From: Eledone cirrhosa
Taxonomy: Eukaryota
Length of the DNA stretch: 64,000 bases
Assembly (NCBI GenBank): GCA_964016885.1
Contig: OZ024746.1
Location: 77,376,001-77,440,000 of the forward strand
Direction: 5' to 3'
This document shows, one piece after another, positions 1 through 12,440 of the stretch. A model generated the notes under the pieces. It was given only the letters and a program-made list of their open reading frames with translations. It ran no database searches and was not told the DNA's origin. The first letter of the stretch is position 1. Every line of letters begins with the position of its first letter. Made by a program: the position numbers and the translations under genes.

Positions 1-1040
1 TCCAGCCGTCGCATATCCTCTGCGGTTGCTGCCCATGTCTCACTACCATGCAGCATCGCGCTCCTCACACAGGCATCATACAACCGGCCTTTCGTACGCA
101 GGGAGAAACCCTTCTTCGTCAACAGAGGAAGCAGCTCCCTAAACTTCTTCCAACCCGTCCTTATTCTAGATACTATGGCCTCGGAACACCCTCCTCCCAT
201 GCTAATCTGATCTCCTAGGTACCGGAAGCTATCCACCACTTCTATAGCGCCCTCTCGCATTTGAAAAATGTGTCTATCAGTGCGACTTCTACTGTCTAAT
301 TTCTCTGTACATCTACTGCATACATATTTCTCCCTACCTGTTAGTTTGCCTGCTATCCCGCTAGATCTCTTGTGTACCCAGGACCTGCATTGTGTGCATT
401 TTATAGAATTTATGCCAGTTCCTTTTCTGCATATCGAACATGGCCATTTCCCTGACGGAATCAGGGTTTTGTCCTCTTTTCTACTCATCAACACTTTTGT
501 CTTAGCTAGATTTACTCTCAGTCCTCTTGCTTCCAACTGCTGTTTCCATAGCCGGAATTTATTCTCTAGCTCCTCTACTGATTCTGCCATAAGAGCCAGA
601 TCGTCAGCATAGAGAAGTTCCCATGGACAGCCAGTCTTAAACTCCTCTGTTATGGCTTGGAGGACTATAATGAACAAGAGCGGGCTGAGGACCGAACCCT
701 GATGTACTCCTACTTGTATCTGGAATTCCTCACTAAACTCCATTCCTACCCTGACTTTACTGAGAGTACCTCTGTACAAAGTTTGCACTGTCCTCACAAG
801 CCATTCCTCAACACCCAGCTTCCTTAGGGACCACCAGATGACAGATCGGGGTACCCTATCAAAGGCCTTCTCTAGGTCAACAAAGGCTAAGTATAGTGGC
901 TTATTCTTCTCTAAGAACCTCTCTTGCATTTGTCTCACCAAGAAGAGGGCATCTGTTGTACTCTTCCCAGGCACAAAACCAAACTGCATCTCATCTAGTT
1001 TGACCCTTTCTCTAATTAGTTGTGCTAAAATCCTTTCTGT
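1..1040 (-). mobile_element. RTE-clade non-LTR retrotransposon, 5'-truncated ORF (RT core + PHD-like finger), runs off the window edge
   Basis: Manual minus-strand translation in one frame from 1040: TERILAQLIRERVKLDEMQFGF..LAFVDLEKAFDRVP..GVHQGSVLSPLLF..CPWELLYADDL..SGKWPCSICRKG..FRYLGD..MLHGSETW..EDMRRL. Homologous to the copy at 51744-53393. The 5' end abuts a (TA)n tract. Confidence 0.95.
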
Positions 1041-1063
1041 ATATATAATATATATATATATTA

Positions 1064-1112
<49 letters not shown>

Positions 1113-1210
1113 TATTTATATATATATATATATATCATATTTATATATATATATATATTATTTATATATATATATATATTATATTTATATATATATATAT
1201 ATATATATTA

Positions 1211-1246
<36 letters not shown>

Positions 1247-1352
1247 TGATATATATATATTATATTTATATATATATATATTATATTTATATATATTGAT
1301 ATATATATATTATATTTATATATATATATATTATATTTATATATATTATATA

Positions 1353-1391
<39 letters not shown>

Positions 1392-1439
1392 TTATATATA
1401 TTATATTTATATATATTATATTTATATATATTATATATA

Positions 1440-1496
<57 letters not shown>

Positions 1497-1502
1497 TATA
1501 TT

Positions 1503-1534
<32 letters not shown>

Positions 1535-1548
1535 ATTATATTTATATA

Positions 1549-1580
<32 letters not shown>

Positions 1581-1844
1581 TATATTTATATATTATATTT
1601 ATATATATATATTATATATATATATATATTATATTTATATATATTTTATATATTATATATATATATTATATTTATATTATATATATATATTATATATATA
1701 TATATATATTATATATATATATTATATTTATATATATATATTATATTTATATATATATATTATATTTATATATATATATATATTATATATATATAATATA
1801 TTTATATATATATATATATTATATTTATATATATATATATATTA

Positions 1845-1890
<46 letters not shown>

Positions 1891-2056
1891 ATTATATATA
1901 TTATATATATATATTATATATATTATATATATATATTATATATATTATATATATATATTATATATATTATATATATATATATTATATTTATATATATATA
2001 TTATATATATATTTATATATATATATTATATTTATATATATATATATTATATATTT
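1041..2056. repeat. ~1 kb degenerate (TA)n / TATTATATTTA microsatellite
   Basis: Almost pure A/T alternation with recurrent TTATATTT interruptions. Confidence 0.97.
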
Positions 2057-2549
2057 GCATATACATACAATGGGCAAGAAGAATTACAGAGAAAACACTC
2101 AACACACATACACACACACACACACACACGCACACATATCTATCTATCTATCTATATATATATATATATATGTATGTATGTGCTATATTGACTCATTTTA
2201 ATGATTAAAAGGGGTGTGGTAGGGTTTCTACAAGAAAATCAATTTCAGAACATCAGAACAATAGATGTGAAAATTTCTTTTAGATTTGTTTTGCTGGTTG
2301 TCATTTAAAAGTAGAATAAAACTGTTCATGTAGCTGGCAGCCAGCGTTCTTTCTTGAACAGAAAATCTGACTTCTGTATTTCTCTATTTCTTTAGTTCTT
2401 TTCATTCTTGTACATTTATTGTTATTGTTTCTCTTAATATATCAATACTAAAGTCTTAATTTGATTAGTTTCATCTTCTTAAAATCTGTTTGTTGTTTCT
2501 TATTAGTTCTCTTTGTCTTTTCTCTTTTCCTTTTATGATTTTACATTTC

Positions 2550-2900
2550 TAGTGTACATGTGTAATGTGCAATGTGTATGTGTAATGTGTTTATATTGTA
2601 TGATGTATAATTGCAATATTTATGTGTAATGTGCAATGTGTGTGTGTGTGCAATGTGTGTATGTATAGTGTATAGTGTTTCTATAATGTTCAATGTGTGT
2701 GTGTATAGTGTATAGTGTTTCTATAATGTGTAATGTGTATGTACAATATGTAGTGTTTTTGTAATGTGCAATGTGTGTGTATGTGTGTGCTGTGTGTGTG
2801 TATATACAGTATGTAATGTTTCTGTAATGTGCAATGTCTACTACATATGTGTAATGTGCACTGCATATGTGTGATGTGCAGCATGTATATATAATGTGCA
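2550..2900. repeat. Degenerate TG-rich minisatellite (TGTAATGTGCAATGTG-type units)
   Basis: Repeated tgtaatgtgcaatgtg and tagtgtatagtgtttctataatg motifs. Confidence 0.7.
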
Positions 2901-3035
2901 TAGGTGTAGATGCAGACATGACTGGTTAAGAAGTTTGCCATGGAACTATGTGGTTTAGGTTGTTTCAGTGGCACTGTGTGGCACCTTGGGCAAGTGTCTT
3001 ATTTGTTGTGACATATTAGGTCTGTTTTTCTTTAT

Positions 3036-3261
3036 TTAACCCTTTAGCATTCACATTACTCTATATATACTATTATGTTTTCATGGTAAAGGTTTTACCT
3101 CGCATAATTATCTCACATAATATTGAATCTAAGATTTTGAAAGTATTTATTTTGAGAACAATACCTTAACATCTGTATGAGTGGCCAGTTACAGCCAGTT
3201 TCAACAGAAAGAGGTAGAGAATTCTGGCCGGTTTTGGCTGGTTTGAAAATTAAAGGGTTAA
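3036..3261 (+). mobile_element. piggyBac-like MITE, family A (~220 bp)
   Basis: TTAA|CCCTTTAGCATT...AAATTAAAGGG|TTAA; same internal sequence recurs at 7 loci in the window. Confidence 0.85.
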
Positions 3262-3382
3262 ATATAATTTTACATTTGTAATGAGTAAATTGTGTGTATG
3301 TGTAGGAACAGTCATGGCTGTGTTTAAAAAGTTTACTATGGAACTGTGTGGATTTAGATGTAGGAACTGGCATGGCTGTGTT

Positions 3383-3800
3383 TTAACCCTTTAGCATTTA
3401 CATTACTCTATATTTACTATTGTATTTTCATGGTAAAGGCTTTATCTAACATAATTAGCTCACATTATATTGACAGTATTGGCAGAGGGTCAGGCGCCAT
3501 GCCATGCTTTGCAGCAAAGAGTTACGACCCTTTATGGTCTGAGTTCAAATCCCGCTGAGGTTAAATTTTCCTTTCATCCTTACGGGGTCGATAAAATAAA
3601 GTACCAGTAATACACTGGGATAATTGCTGGCCTTGTGCCAAAAGTAGAAACAATTATATTGAATCTATGAGATTTTGATGTTATTTATTTTGAGAACAAT
3701 ACCTTAATATTAGTATGAGCAGCCAGTTATGGCTGGTTTAAACAGAAAGAGGTGAGGGAATTCTGGCAGGATATAGCTAGTTTAAATTCTAAAGGATGAG
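3383..3800 (+). mobile_element. piggyBac-like MITE family A interrupted by a SINE
   Basis: Left end TTAACCCTTTAGCATT at 3383; body resumes at 3663 after the SINE; right end degenerate. Confidence 0.8.
3474..3652 (+). mobile_element. tRNA-type SINE with 10-bp target-site duplication
   Basis: B-box-like GAGTTCAAATCC; body matches 55152-55340; flanked by ATTATATTGA at 3464-3473 and 3653-3662. Confidence 0.88.
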
Positions 3801-3979
3801 GAAGTTTACTATGGAACTATGTGGATTTAGATGTAGGAACAGACATGGCTGTGTTTAAGTAAGGAACTGTGTGAATTTAGTGGATTTAGTCCCACTGCAT
3901 GGCACCTTACACTGGTGCCTTCTATTGTCTGCTACATTTAACTTATATTCTCAATTTTTGTTTTCTTCTTCACCAACAG

Positions 3980-4135
3980 TGCTTTTTAAGGATCAGTTGC
4001 CTTCGCCAATTTGGCCACTGGGTTGCTCAGTTGCCAGGCATCGATCTGTCTTATCGCCAGAAGGAAGCCATGTTCTTTGGACCCACTAACGCAGGGGACA
4101 CCGTGGAGAATGAAAAAGTCGCTCAGGAACGAATG
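3980..4135 (+). CDS. Probable internal coding exon of an unidentified host gene (52 aa: CFLRISCLRQFGHWVAQLPGIDLSYRQKEAMFFGPTNAGDTVENEKVAQERM)
   Basis: Polypyrimidine acceptor ttgttttcttcttcaccaacAG (3978-3979); consensus donor ATG|GTAAGT at 4136; 156 bp, open only in phase 0; GC-richer and non-repetitive. Confidence 0.75.
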
Positions 4136-4352
4136 GTAAGTCCTCTATGCCTATAGAATAATCTGACCCTACTTCTTGTCTCTTTTCCCTCTCTGTCCAA
4201 CCTGAACGTTTGTCTTTTTGTATTTCATATGTCAGTTTTTGTTTTTTCAGGGAGAGAGGGGGGGGGGGGGGCTTTTTTTTTTTTTGCAGGTAGGGCCACC
4301 ACTCTTATAAAATCTCTCTTATTCTTCTGCATTTGAGAGGTTTGTGTATTGA

Positions 4353-4575
4353 TTAACCTTTTTGTGACCATATTTTTAATAATGAATGTTAACTATATTT
4401 CAATTAATTAATGAAGAATTTTTAGTGAACTAAAATTATTTATTTCACTATTATTTTGGTATTTGTATCATAATTTAACAAATGGTTGTTATATATCATT
4501 TTGTTGGAAGGTGTTAAATTAGATAGAAACCTTTTATAGAACCTAATGGCAGTTCTGGACAGATTCGTTTGGAGG
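4353..4575 (+). mobile_element. piggyBac-like MITE family B, degenerate
   Basis: TTAACCTTTTTGTGACCATATTT left end; body similar to 15780-16235 and 26570-26813. Confidence 0.6.
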
Positions 4576-5104
4576 ACACAATTAGCAGAGATTCTAGTGT
4601 ATTTAACTATGAGTTGTAGGGGCATCGAGTTTAAGCATCTAAACCTTGCAGAGGCCATTCCTTTCCAGGTTTAACCGCAGCCAATTTCTTCTGAAAGGTA
4701 GAGAGAGTATTAGCATTCTTACTTCTACTTGTTCATGTTGGCATGAGTTGTAAAGGATGTCTTGAGGCATTGTTTTACAGGTGGATGCACTTCTTGGTGC
4801 CAATCCTTTTAATCACCTTTTTATGGCATGCAAGAATATAGTATATCTATTCTAAAAGTTTGAGGTATGTGCACCACTTCACATATACCTAAGGGCGGGT
4901 AAAATTCCTGAGATTCTTTTCAATCGCTGATAATACATTACCTCGAACAAAGTAATTATTTAACCCACAAATGGGGCCTTAACATTTATTACTGCTCCAG
5001 GCCAGAGCAGACCTGGGAGTGATAACAACTAAGGGCTAACTGCACATTCCCCACAGCTCCTGAACTCTCGAACTGGAACCTTGCCACTGGATGCAGTTTA
5101 ATGT

Positions 5105-5260
5105 TTATAGTATCTTTACTTGTGGACAGACAGATGTGAAAATTTGCAGTAAATTAAAGTAAAGACTTCAATTTTTAATGTGATGCAGTCATAGATCTGT
5201 TTTATACTTTTCAAGGATATCTAGCTAATGCGGTTTCATGCGGTATAGGATATTAAGACT
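5105..5260 (+). repeat. Unclassified interspersed repeat, family C
   Basis: tagtatctttactagtggac...atttttaatgtgatgcagtcata...ttttcaag..gctaatgcggtttcatgc; also at 11840-11990, 12500-12660, 30140-30270 (-) and 61575-61800. Confidence 0.7.
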
Positions 5261-5835
5261 TAACCATCTTGCCACAAAAATCAAAACAAAAAAAAAAAAC
5301 AAAAAAAAAAACAGATGAGCTTTTGTGAAAAGAAAGAAAATAAGATTAGAAAAAAAAAAAATTAACCAACAAAACAAAAACAACATATTTACAAAAGTGT
5401 TGTTCTTCCTTTCTATATTCCCCTCTCACCCATGTGTCTAATAATTTTCTCCTCGAATAGATCTTTAGTGAAATATCCTAATTATATTATAACTAACTAG
5501 CTTTATGAACTTCCCCAAATTATGATGCCTATTTCCTGGCTTAAATTGTTTTTTTTTTCTTCTTTCTTTTTCCCCCCCTTTTTTTGTGTTTGAGTTTAAA
5601 TACTGAGTTTAATTAAGCAATATTTTTTTTTATTGTTGCTATTGTTGTTTCTGTGCATATTTCCATTATTATTAGTATTATTATTGTAAAAAGCAAAAAA
5701 AAAAAAAAAATGTAATAAAATATTTTTTTTCCTCTCTCTCTCTTACTGAGAGTAATTTATTCTCCCTTTATTTTTCTTCTTCCCCTCTACCATTCTTTTT
5801 TGTAATTTTGTGCGAGTGGCAATATGCGGGAATGA

Positions 5836-5838
<3 letters not shown>

Positions 5839-5927
<89 letters not shown>

Positions 5928-6215
5928 CAACTTGTAACAGTGTATGTGTGTGAGAATTAATCTGTAACTGTATGTCTGTATATGTGTTTATATGTGTTAG
6001 AATGAACCTGTAACTATATGTATGTGTGCAAGAACGAACCTGTAACTCTGTATATATATGTGTGTGTGTGTGTCTGTATGTGCATGAGTGTGTGTGTATG
6101 TGCATGAGTGTGTGTGTGTGTGTGTGTGTCTGTGTGTGTGTGTATGTGCATGAGTGTGTGTGTATGTGTATGTGTGTGTGTGTATGTGCATGAGTGTGTA
6201 TATGTATGTGCATGA

Positions 6216-6249
<34 letters not shown>

Positions 6250-6327
6250 ATGTGCATGAGTGTGTGAGTATGTATGTGCATGAGTGTGTGAGTATGTATG
6301 TGCATGAGTGTGTGCGTGCATGTGTGT
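5839..6327. repeat. (TG)n microsatellite and TATGTGCATGAGTG-type minisatellite
   Basis: Direct reading. Confidence 0.9.
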
Positions 6328-6520
6328 GGCTATGAAAAACGGAGCATTAGCATGCTTCTTCCATTGTGCCTGTTATAGTGACGCGGTCTCTGTCATCCTT
6401 TTGTTGCAGTTATGCATGATTAATTCTAGTGGACAAAACATTGTGAAAGAACTTCTCCATAATCAATAGTCTTTGTACTAAATCTTGTTTGTTAAAAATA
6501 ACTTTGCATTATTTTCTTTC

Positions 6521-7030
6521 TGTGGTGGTGGTGGTGGTGGTGGGTACGATGGTAGTGGTAGTAGTGGTGGAAGGTAGTAGTGGCAGTAGAGATAGTGATG
6601 ATGGAGGTGGTAATAGTGATGATGATGGAAGTGGTAGTGGTGGTGGTGTTGGTGGTGGTAGTAGAAATAGTGATAATGGTGGGGGTGGTAGTGGTGGTAG
6701 TAGTGATGATGTTGGAGATGGTAGTGGTGGTGGTATTGGAGATGGTAGTGGTGGTGGTGGTGTTGGTGGTAGTGGTAGTAGAGATAATGATGATGGTGGG
6801 AGTGGGGGTGGTAGTGGTGATGGTAGTGGTGATAGTAGTGATGAGGATGATGGAGGTGGTAATGGTGTCAGTCGTAGTGGTGATAGTGATGATGATGATG
6901 ATGATAGAGGTGGTAGCATTGGTGGATGTCATAGTGGTGAGAGATAGTGGTGGTGATAGTAGTGATGATGATGGAAGTGGTAAGAGATAGTGGTAATGGT
7001 GGTAGTGGTGGGAGATAGTAGTGATGAAGG
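6521..7030. repeat. Degenerate (GGT/GAT/AGT)n trinucleotide tract
   Basis: Gives low-complexity ORFs in several frames on both strands. Confidence 0.9.
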
Positions 7031-7522
7031 TAAGGGAGGAGGGAGTGTTTGCTGGCAAAGCATGAGGCATCTTTTTCTCTTCATTGAACGCAGTTTCTAC
7101 CAGTGAGAATTCATCCGCGCATGATATGCACGATGATTGTAAAGTTCAAGCTACTAGTGTCTGACCTTGAGCGATGATGTGAAAGGCTTACAGCAGTTGT
7201 CTGTCTCTCTCTCTTTCTCTATTTCCGTTTCATTCTCTCCTTTATTGCCATTGTCTTTCTCAGTTTCTTTTACACAAATATTTTAAAAACAGCTTTGGGT
7301 TGGATGAGCCAGTAATTTTTAATGTTCCTTGAGAAACTTGTCAAACATCTCAATAATCTTCTTAATTGAAATCTATATTCAGATACAAAATGATTTTAAA
7401 GTTGAGGAATGGAAAGAGACAAAAACAATATTATTACAGATTATTATATGTATTTGCAAATGTGCATGGATAAATGGTTAGTTTGTGTGTTCGATTCCTG
7501 GACCAGGCAGCGGGTCATGCGT

Positions 7523-7735
7523 TTAACCCATTAGCATTTAAACCAGCTGTATCCAGCTAGAATTCTCCCACCTTTGCCTGTTCAAACAGGCCATAACCGG
7601 CCACTCATACTGATGTTAAGGTATTGTTCTCAAAATAAATATCGAAATCTCATAGATTCGATCTTATGTGAGATTAAGCCTTTACCATGAAAATACTGTA
7701 GTATATATAGAGTAATGTTAACACTAAAGGGTTAA
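7523..7735 (-). mobile_element. piggyBac-like MITE family A inserted in a tRNA-type SINE (about 7460-7935)
   Basis: TTAA at 7523-7526 and 7732-7735; SINE head (gttcgattcctggacc) to the left, SINE body (tactttattttacgttg..ctcagctgg) to the right. Confidence 0.8.
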
Positions 7736-9067
7736 ATAAGATACTTTATTTTACGTTGTTCCAGCCCTCTCAGCTGGGAAAAAAGGAATTGCAATGACAC
7801 GGGTGCTAAGCTATATCAGCCTATGTCTTTCCTTTGGACAGCATTGGTGACATGGAAAGGAGAGGAGAGGCTTTCATGCATGGGCGACTGCTGGTTTTTC
7901 AGCAACTATCCAGTCTGACTGAAGGCAATCTCTAGGTGATGGTGGTAATGGAATTTGCTTTGCAATCAAAAGGTTCTGTGTTCAATTCCATTGCATAGCA
8001 TCTTTTGCAAATGTCTTTGCCATTGTATTGAGAATCAACACAAGCCATGTAACTGAAATTGTGGAGATGGAAACTATGTGGAAGCCTATTGGATCGATTT
8101 TATATGTGTAATTCAAAGGTCCAGCCTAGTCAAATATTGTGTCATGCTGATTCAGCTTGGTAATTCATGAGTTCGATGTTCAGTTGATGAAACAACTGAA
8201 TGTTTATCACTGAAACCAATGGTGGAACCATTATAGCAATATCTAAAAGTAAGAATGATTGAAGTATTGATCTTATAATGGTGATTGACTTATCTATGTT
8301 GTTAATGCTCCCTCTGCTGTACATCTTGGGGTCCAAACTTTATCATATTTAGCATGTCTGTTTCATGGATCAACATTATGGCAGAGGCTGTTTTATTCAC
8401 CTAACCATCCAGATGGTTGATCTAGGTTACTGCATGTCCTTCAGACATCTCAGGGAAGCCATCGTCGATTTTGAAAATGTCACATTTCTGTAATTTTGAT
8501 ATAGATTCTTACTACAAGTGTGTGTGAAGAAGTAAATTTGGAGTTTTGACAGTACTTCCCATTCCTCTCTGTAGGCCAAAGTTGGGAGCAAAACCTTGCA
8601 CACACACACACACTCACACACACACTCACACACACATGCTTCCACTTATCTGGAATGTATATATAAGCCAAGCTTTTGTGGATTAAGTCTATTTCCTAGA
8701 ATCCTCCAAAGTTCATTGCACATATGGTTAAAATATGCATGCCTACACACACACATTTTCACATATAGGCACACATACACAGGCAAGAACACATACATAT
8801 GCAAGAACACACACTTAAACCATTCCCAGAAATGCATGAAATATATATTCCTTCGTACACTTCAGGTAGTTTAACATATAAATTTCCTTTATTATGGGAG
8901 AATAGTGATATGAGAGTCTGGAGATGACAAATGTGGCAGTTTATTACATACTTGAAGCTTTGATAGCAAAGGTAAAGATGTAAAAGTTAACATTGGGCAA
9001 TGTTTTTATTGATCGCACACACACATATGCACGCACACACACATATGCACGCACACATACACACGAC

Positions 9068-9385
9068 ACTCTGTTGGTTTTGATTATAACGAATGTTCTA
9101 GTTGATATGATCAATGGAACTACCTGCTTGTGAAATTAACATGCAAGGGGCTGAGCATTCTACAGACATGTGTACCCTTAATGTAGTTCTCAGGGAGATT
9201 CAGTGTGCTACAGAATGTGACATGGTTGGGTCTTCGAATTTTAGGTACAACTCATTTTATGCCAGCTGAGTGCACTATAGAGCAACATAAAATAAAGTGT
9301 CTTTTTCAAGGACACAACACACTGCTGAGTATTGAATTCATGATTTTATTATCATGAGCCAAATGCCCTTACCACTAAACTATAC
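9068..9385 (-). mobile_element. tRNA-type SINE
   Basis: Reverse complement of the family at 56270-56575 (gtgaaattaacatgcaag..gctgagcattc; aaataaagtgtc..tcaaggacacaac). Confidence 0.7.
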
Positions 9386-9574
9386 ATACACACGCACGCA
9401 CACACATGCGGGCCCGTATGAGCAGGGTCCAGAGCAGCGAAATGGCAAGACCCTCGCCATAACAGTTCCACACTATAAACATGGTTGCTGTTAGTAAGGA
9501 CATCTAGCAGCTGTAAGATCCCAGCTAAGGCATGGTTCCATATGAGCAAGGTATGGAGCAGCCAACTGGCCAGA

Positions 9575-9855
9575 CTTGCCTCATAAGTATGACCACCCAG
9601 TTCCTATGGATAGACATGTTTAAACCCTTGTGTAATAGTCTGGAGAATTATACTGAACAGAAGTAGGCTGATGGCTGAACCCTGATGAATGCTTACCTGT
9701 ATCTTGAATTCCTCACTAAACTCCTTCGTTACTCTCACTTTACTTACAGCTCCTCTGTACATGGCTTTCACTGTTCTCAAACCATTCTTTTACACCTAGT
9801 CTGTTTAAGGGCCACCAAATGACAGATATGGTGGTACTGGCAAATGTCTTTTCAC
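9575..9855 (-). mobile_element. Degenerate RTE reverse transcriptase fragment
   Basis: Aligns by eye with 615-880 (gaaccctgatg..tcttgaattcctcactaaactcc..ggaccaccaaatgacaga). Confidence 0.75.
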
Positions 9856-10099
9856 ATCATCACAGACACAGATGTAAACACAGAGATATTCACACTCCTA
9901 TGCATGACAGGTTTCTGCATTTCCCTCCACCATATATATTACACTTACAAGGTATTGGTCAACTCAAGACTATAGTAGAAGACACAAAGTGGGACTGAAC
10001 CCAGGATCAACTATTTGTGAAACAAACTCCTTAATCGCTCAACCATACCTGGGCCTATGTTCAAGCCATTTTGAAAATAAATAAAGAATAATCAGGAAA

Positions 10100-10222
10100 T
10101 CCATTCTATACCATACCAATCCATACCATTCTATTTTATTCTATACCATACCATACCATTCTATACTATTCTATTTTATTCCATATATCATACCATACCA
10201 TACCATACTGTACCATACCATA
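10100..10222. repeat. (ATACC/ATTCT)n pentanucleotide repeat
   Basis: Direct reading. Confidence 0.85.
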
Positions 10223-10557
10223 TTGCAGAAGTATCAACTGGTGTTGTTGTTGTTGTTGGTGGTGTTATTGTTGTTGTTATTGCTGGTGGTGGTACTGACA
10301 GTTATTGCCAACTGTTATGTTTACATTATCAGCTAGTTTACATTATCAGAAGTTAACTACACCATGTAGCTTTATAGTGATATTGAAGGTGTATATATGT
10401 GTATAATGTCACTGTCTTTGCTGTGAAGCAGAACAAATAAATGCTGTGTTAAGGGTGTTCCAAGATGACTGGTATCACCTCTTGGCTACAAGAGGCTAGC
10501 TTCAGATAAATTGAAATTATATGGAGTGTTCAGATTTCTTAATGTAGACCTAGTTGT

Positions 10558-10738
10558 TTAACCCTTTGGCATTTAAATGGCCATATCTGACTGCACATAC
10601 TTACGTTAAGGTATTGTTCTCAAAATAAATATCAACATTTCATAGATTTAATATTATGTGAGATAATTATGTAAGGTAAAGCCTTTACGTGAAAATACAA
10701 TAGTATATATAGAGTAATGTAAAATGCTAAAGAGTTAA
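10558..10738 (-). mobile_element. piggyBac-like MITE family A with internal deletion
   Basis: TTAACCCTTTGGCATTT...AATGCTAAAGAGTTAA. Confidence 0.8.
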
Positions 10739-10818
10739 GTTCTCTGTTTCTTTCTCTTGTGATTCTTATTCAATAACCATTTGGTAACCTCATGCTATAT
10801 TACGGTAATGTTCCAGTA

Positions 10819-11350
10819 CTGTTGTTGCTGTTATTGTTATTGTTGTCGTTGGTGGTGGTGGTGTTATTGTCGTTCTTGCTGGTGTTGCTGTTGTTGTTGG
10901 TGGTGTTATTGTTCTTGTTGTTGGAGCTGTTGTTGTTGCTAGTAGTGCTGTTGTTATTGCTGATGTTGCTGGTGCTGTTGTTGGTGGTGTTATTGTTCTT
11001 GTTGCTGGAGCTGTTGTTGTTGCTAGTAGTGCTGTTGTTATTGCTGATGTTGCTGGTGCTGCTGCTGCTGTTGTTGGTGGTGTTGTTGTTGCTAGTAGTG
11101 TTATTTTCAGTGGCACTGTTGTTGTTTCTATTGTTGTTGATGGTGCTGGTGTTATTGTTATTTTTATTGTTGTTGCTGGTAGTGTTATTATTTCTGATGT
11201 TGCTGGTAGTGTTATTTTCGGTGGTGCTGCTGTTGTTGTTGCCGTTGTTATTATTGTTGTTGTTGCTGGTGGTGCTGGCAGCTGTTGCTGCTTGTGTTGT
11301 TGTTGCTGCTTCTACTGCTGTTGTTGCTGCTTCTACTGCTGCTGCTATTG
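10819..11350. repeat. (GTT/GCT/GGT)n trinucleotide tract with a ~78-bp internal duplication
   Basis: Direct reading; TTTAP.TRTITPPTT repeats in the minus-strand ORF. Confidence 0.88.
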
Positions 11351-11996
11351 TTTCTCGATATTGTAATAACTTTTATGTAAAACCTTGGAGATGGGCTTGG
11401 TTTGGCTTTAATTAGGCAGGAACAATTTATTATTATCTTACATTATGTAACATTTTTGTTTTAAAATGTTATCAAGAAATGTTAAAAGCAAACAATAGCT
11501 TTGTTTTGCATCTATTTTAATAATTTTTTTTTTCCTTTTTTTTTTTTCCTTTCTCGTTAATTTTCTTCCTTTGTTTAATAAATTTTCTGTATTTGTGTAA
11601 ATGAGTAAATGAACATTTAATGTTTTCAGCTGATTAAATGCTTTTAAAATTACACTGTTAGAAGTTGATTGCATAATTCGATGTTCTCCATTAAACTTGA
11701 TGTCACTTCATTGTGATAATTTTCTGCTTAGCAAGATAACAACATCATCAACAACAACAACATCATCAGTGTTTAGCCAGGTATTTTGAATGTGGCAGTC
11801 TAGAGGAAAACTTAGCTGTTCCAGACGAGACAACTCTTAACACCCTGTAATGATTTTGCAGAAAATATCTAAGATAGTTTTGTTGATCGCAATGTCTATA
11901 ATATCTTTTACTAGTGGACATGATTTTTGAAAATTTTGCTGTATTAAAATAAAGACTAATTTTTAATGTGATGCAGTCTTTGTTTTCTAAACGTTG

Positions 11997-12265
11997 CATC
12001 ATCATCATCATCACCGTTTTACGTCCGTTCTTCCACGCTACCATGGGTTAGACGGGTTGTCCTGTTGTGGGCAGTGTCCGGTCGGCTGACTTTGTCTTGC
12101 TCATACGGGAACTGATTCTGGTTTGATTTCTACAGCTGGATACCCTTCCTAACACCAACCTAATTTACAGTGAGCGCTGGGTGCTTTTTTCTGTGGCGCT
12201 ACACGTCCACTTTACAGTGTAGGCTGGGTGCTTTGTTGCCGTGGCACCTCCACAACCACTTTGCA
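11997..12265 (-). mobile_element. RTE LINE 3' UTR copy with (GAT)n tail
   Basis: Near-identical reverse complement of 22010-22270. Confidence 0.85.
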
Positions 12266-12289
12266 GAGTAATTATAGGGACCCCAGCCC

Positions 12290-12440
12290 TATCATCTCAT
12301 TTCTACAGCTGAGTAAACTGGAGCAATGTGAAATAAAGTGTCTTGCTCAAGGAAACAACACATCACCCTGTCTGAGAATTGAACTCACAACCTTTCGATT
12401 GCAAGCCCAATGCTCTAACCACTAAGCCATGCGCCTTCCA
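12290..12440 (-). mobile_element. tRNA-type SINE 5' part
   Basis: Reverse complement reads GGCGCATGGCTTAGTGGTTAGAGC (A box)...GAGTTCAATTCTC (B box). Confidence 0.8.

Noticed and set aside
838-1796. IY/HT/CV/poly-residue ORFs here and throughout the window (e.g. 5743-7070, 10790-11415, 14236-15163, 44463-46467, 59823-61748)
   Set aside because: Simple-repeat translations or antisense shadows of LINE ORFs
3980-4135. Faint resemblance of the exon peptide to the HCN channel N-terminal segment (RQFG..QPG..MFG..VE.EQER) or a nuclear receptor LBD motif (WAK.LPGF)
   Set aside because: Spacing and key residues do not fit; no gene name assigned without a search
7110-7185. C/D box snoRNA (GATGAT...CTGA)
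   Set aside because: No exact RUGAUGA C box in correct order with a D box and no terminal stem
12370-12440. tRNA genes at A/B-box motifs
   Set aside because: They continue into SINE bodies present in many diverged copies and do not close a cloverleaf
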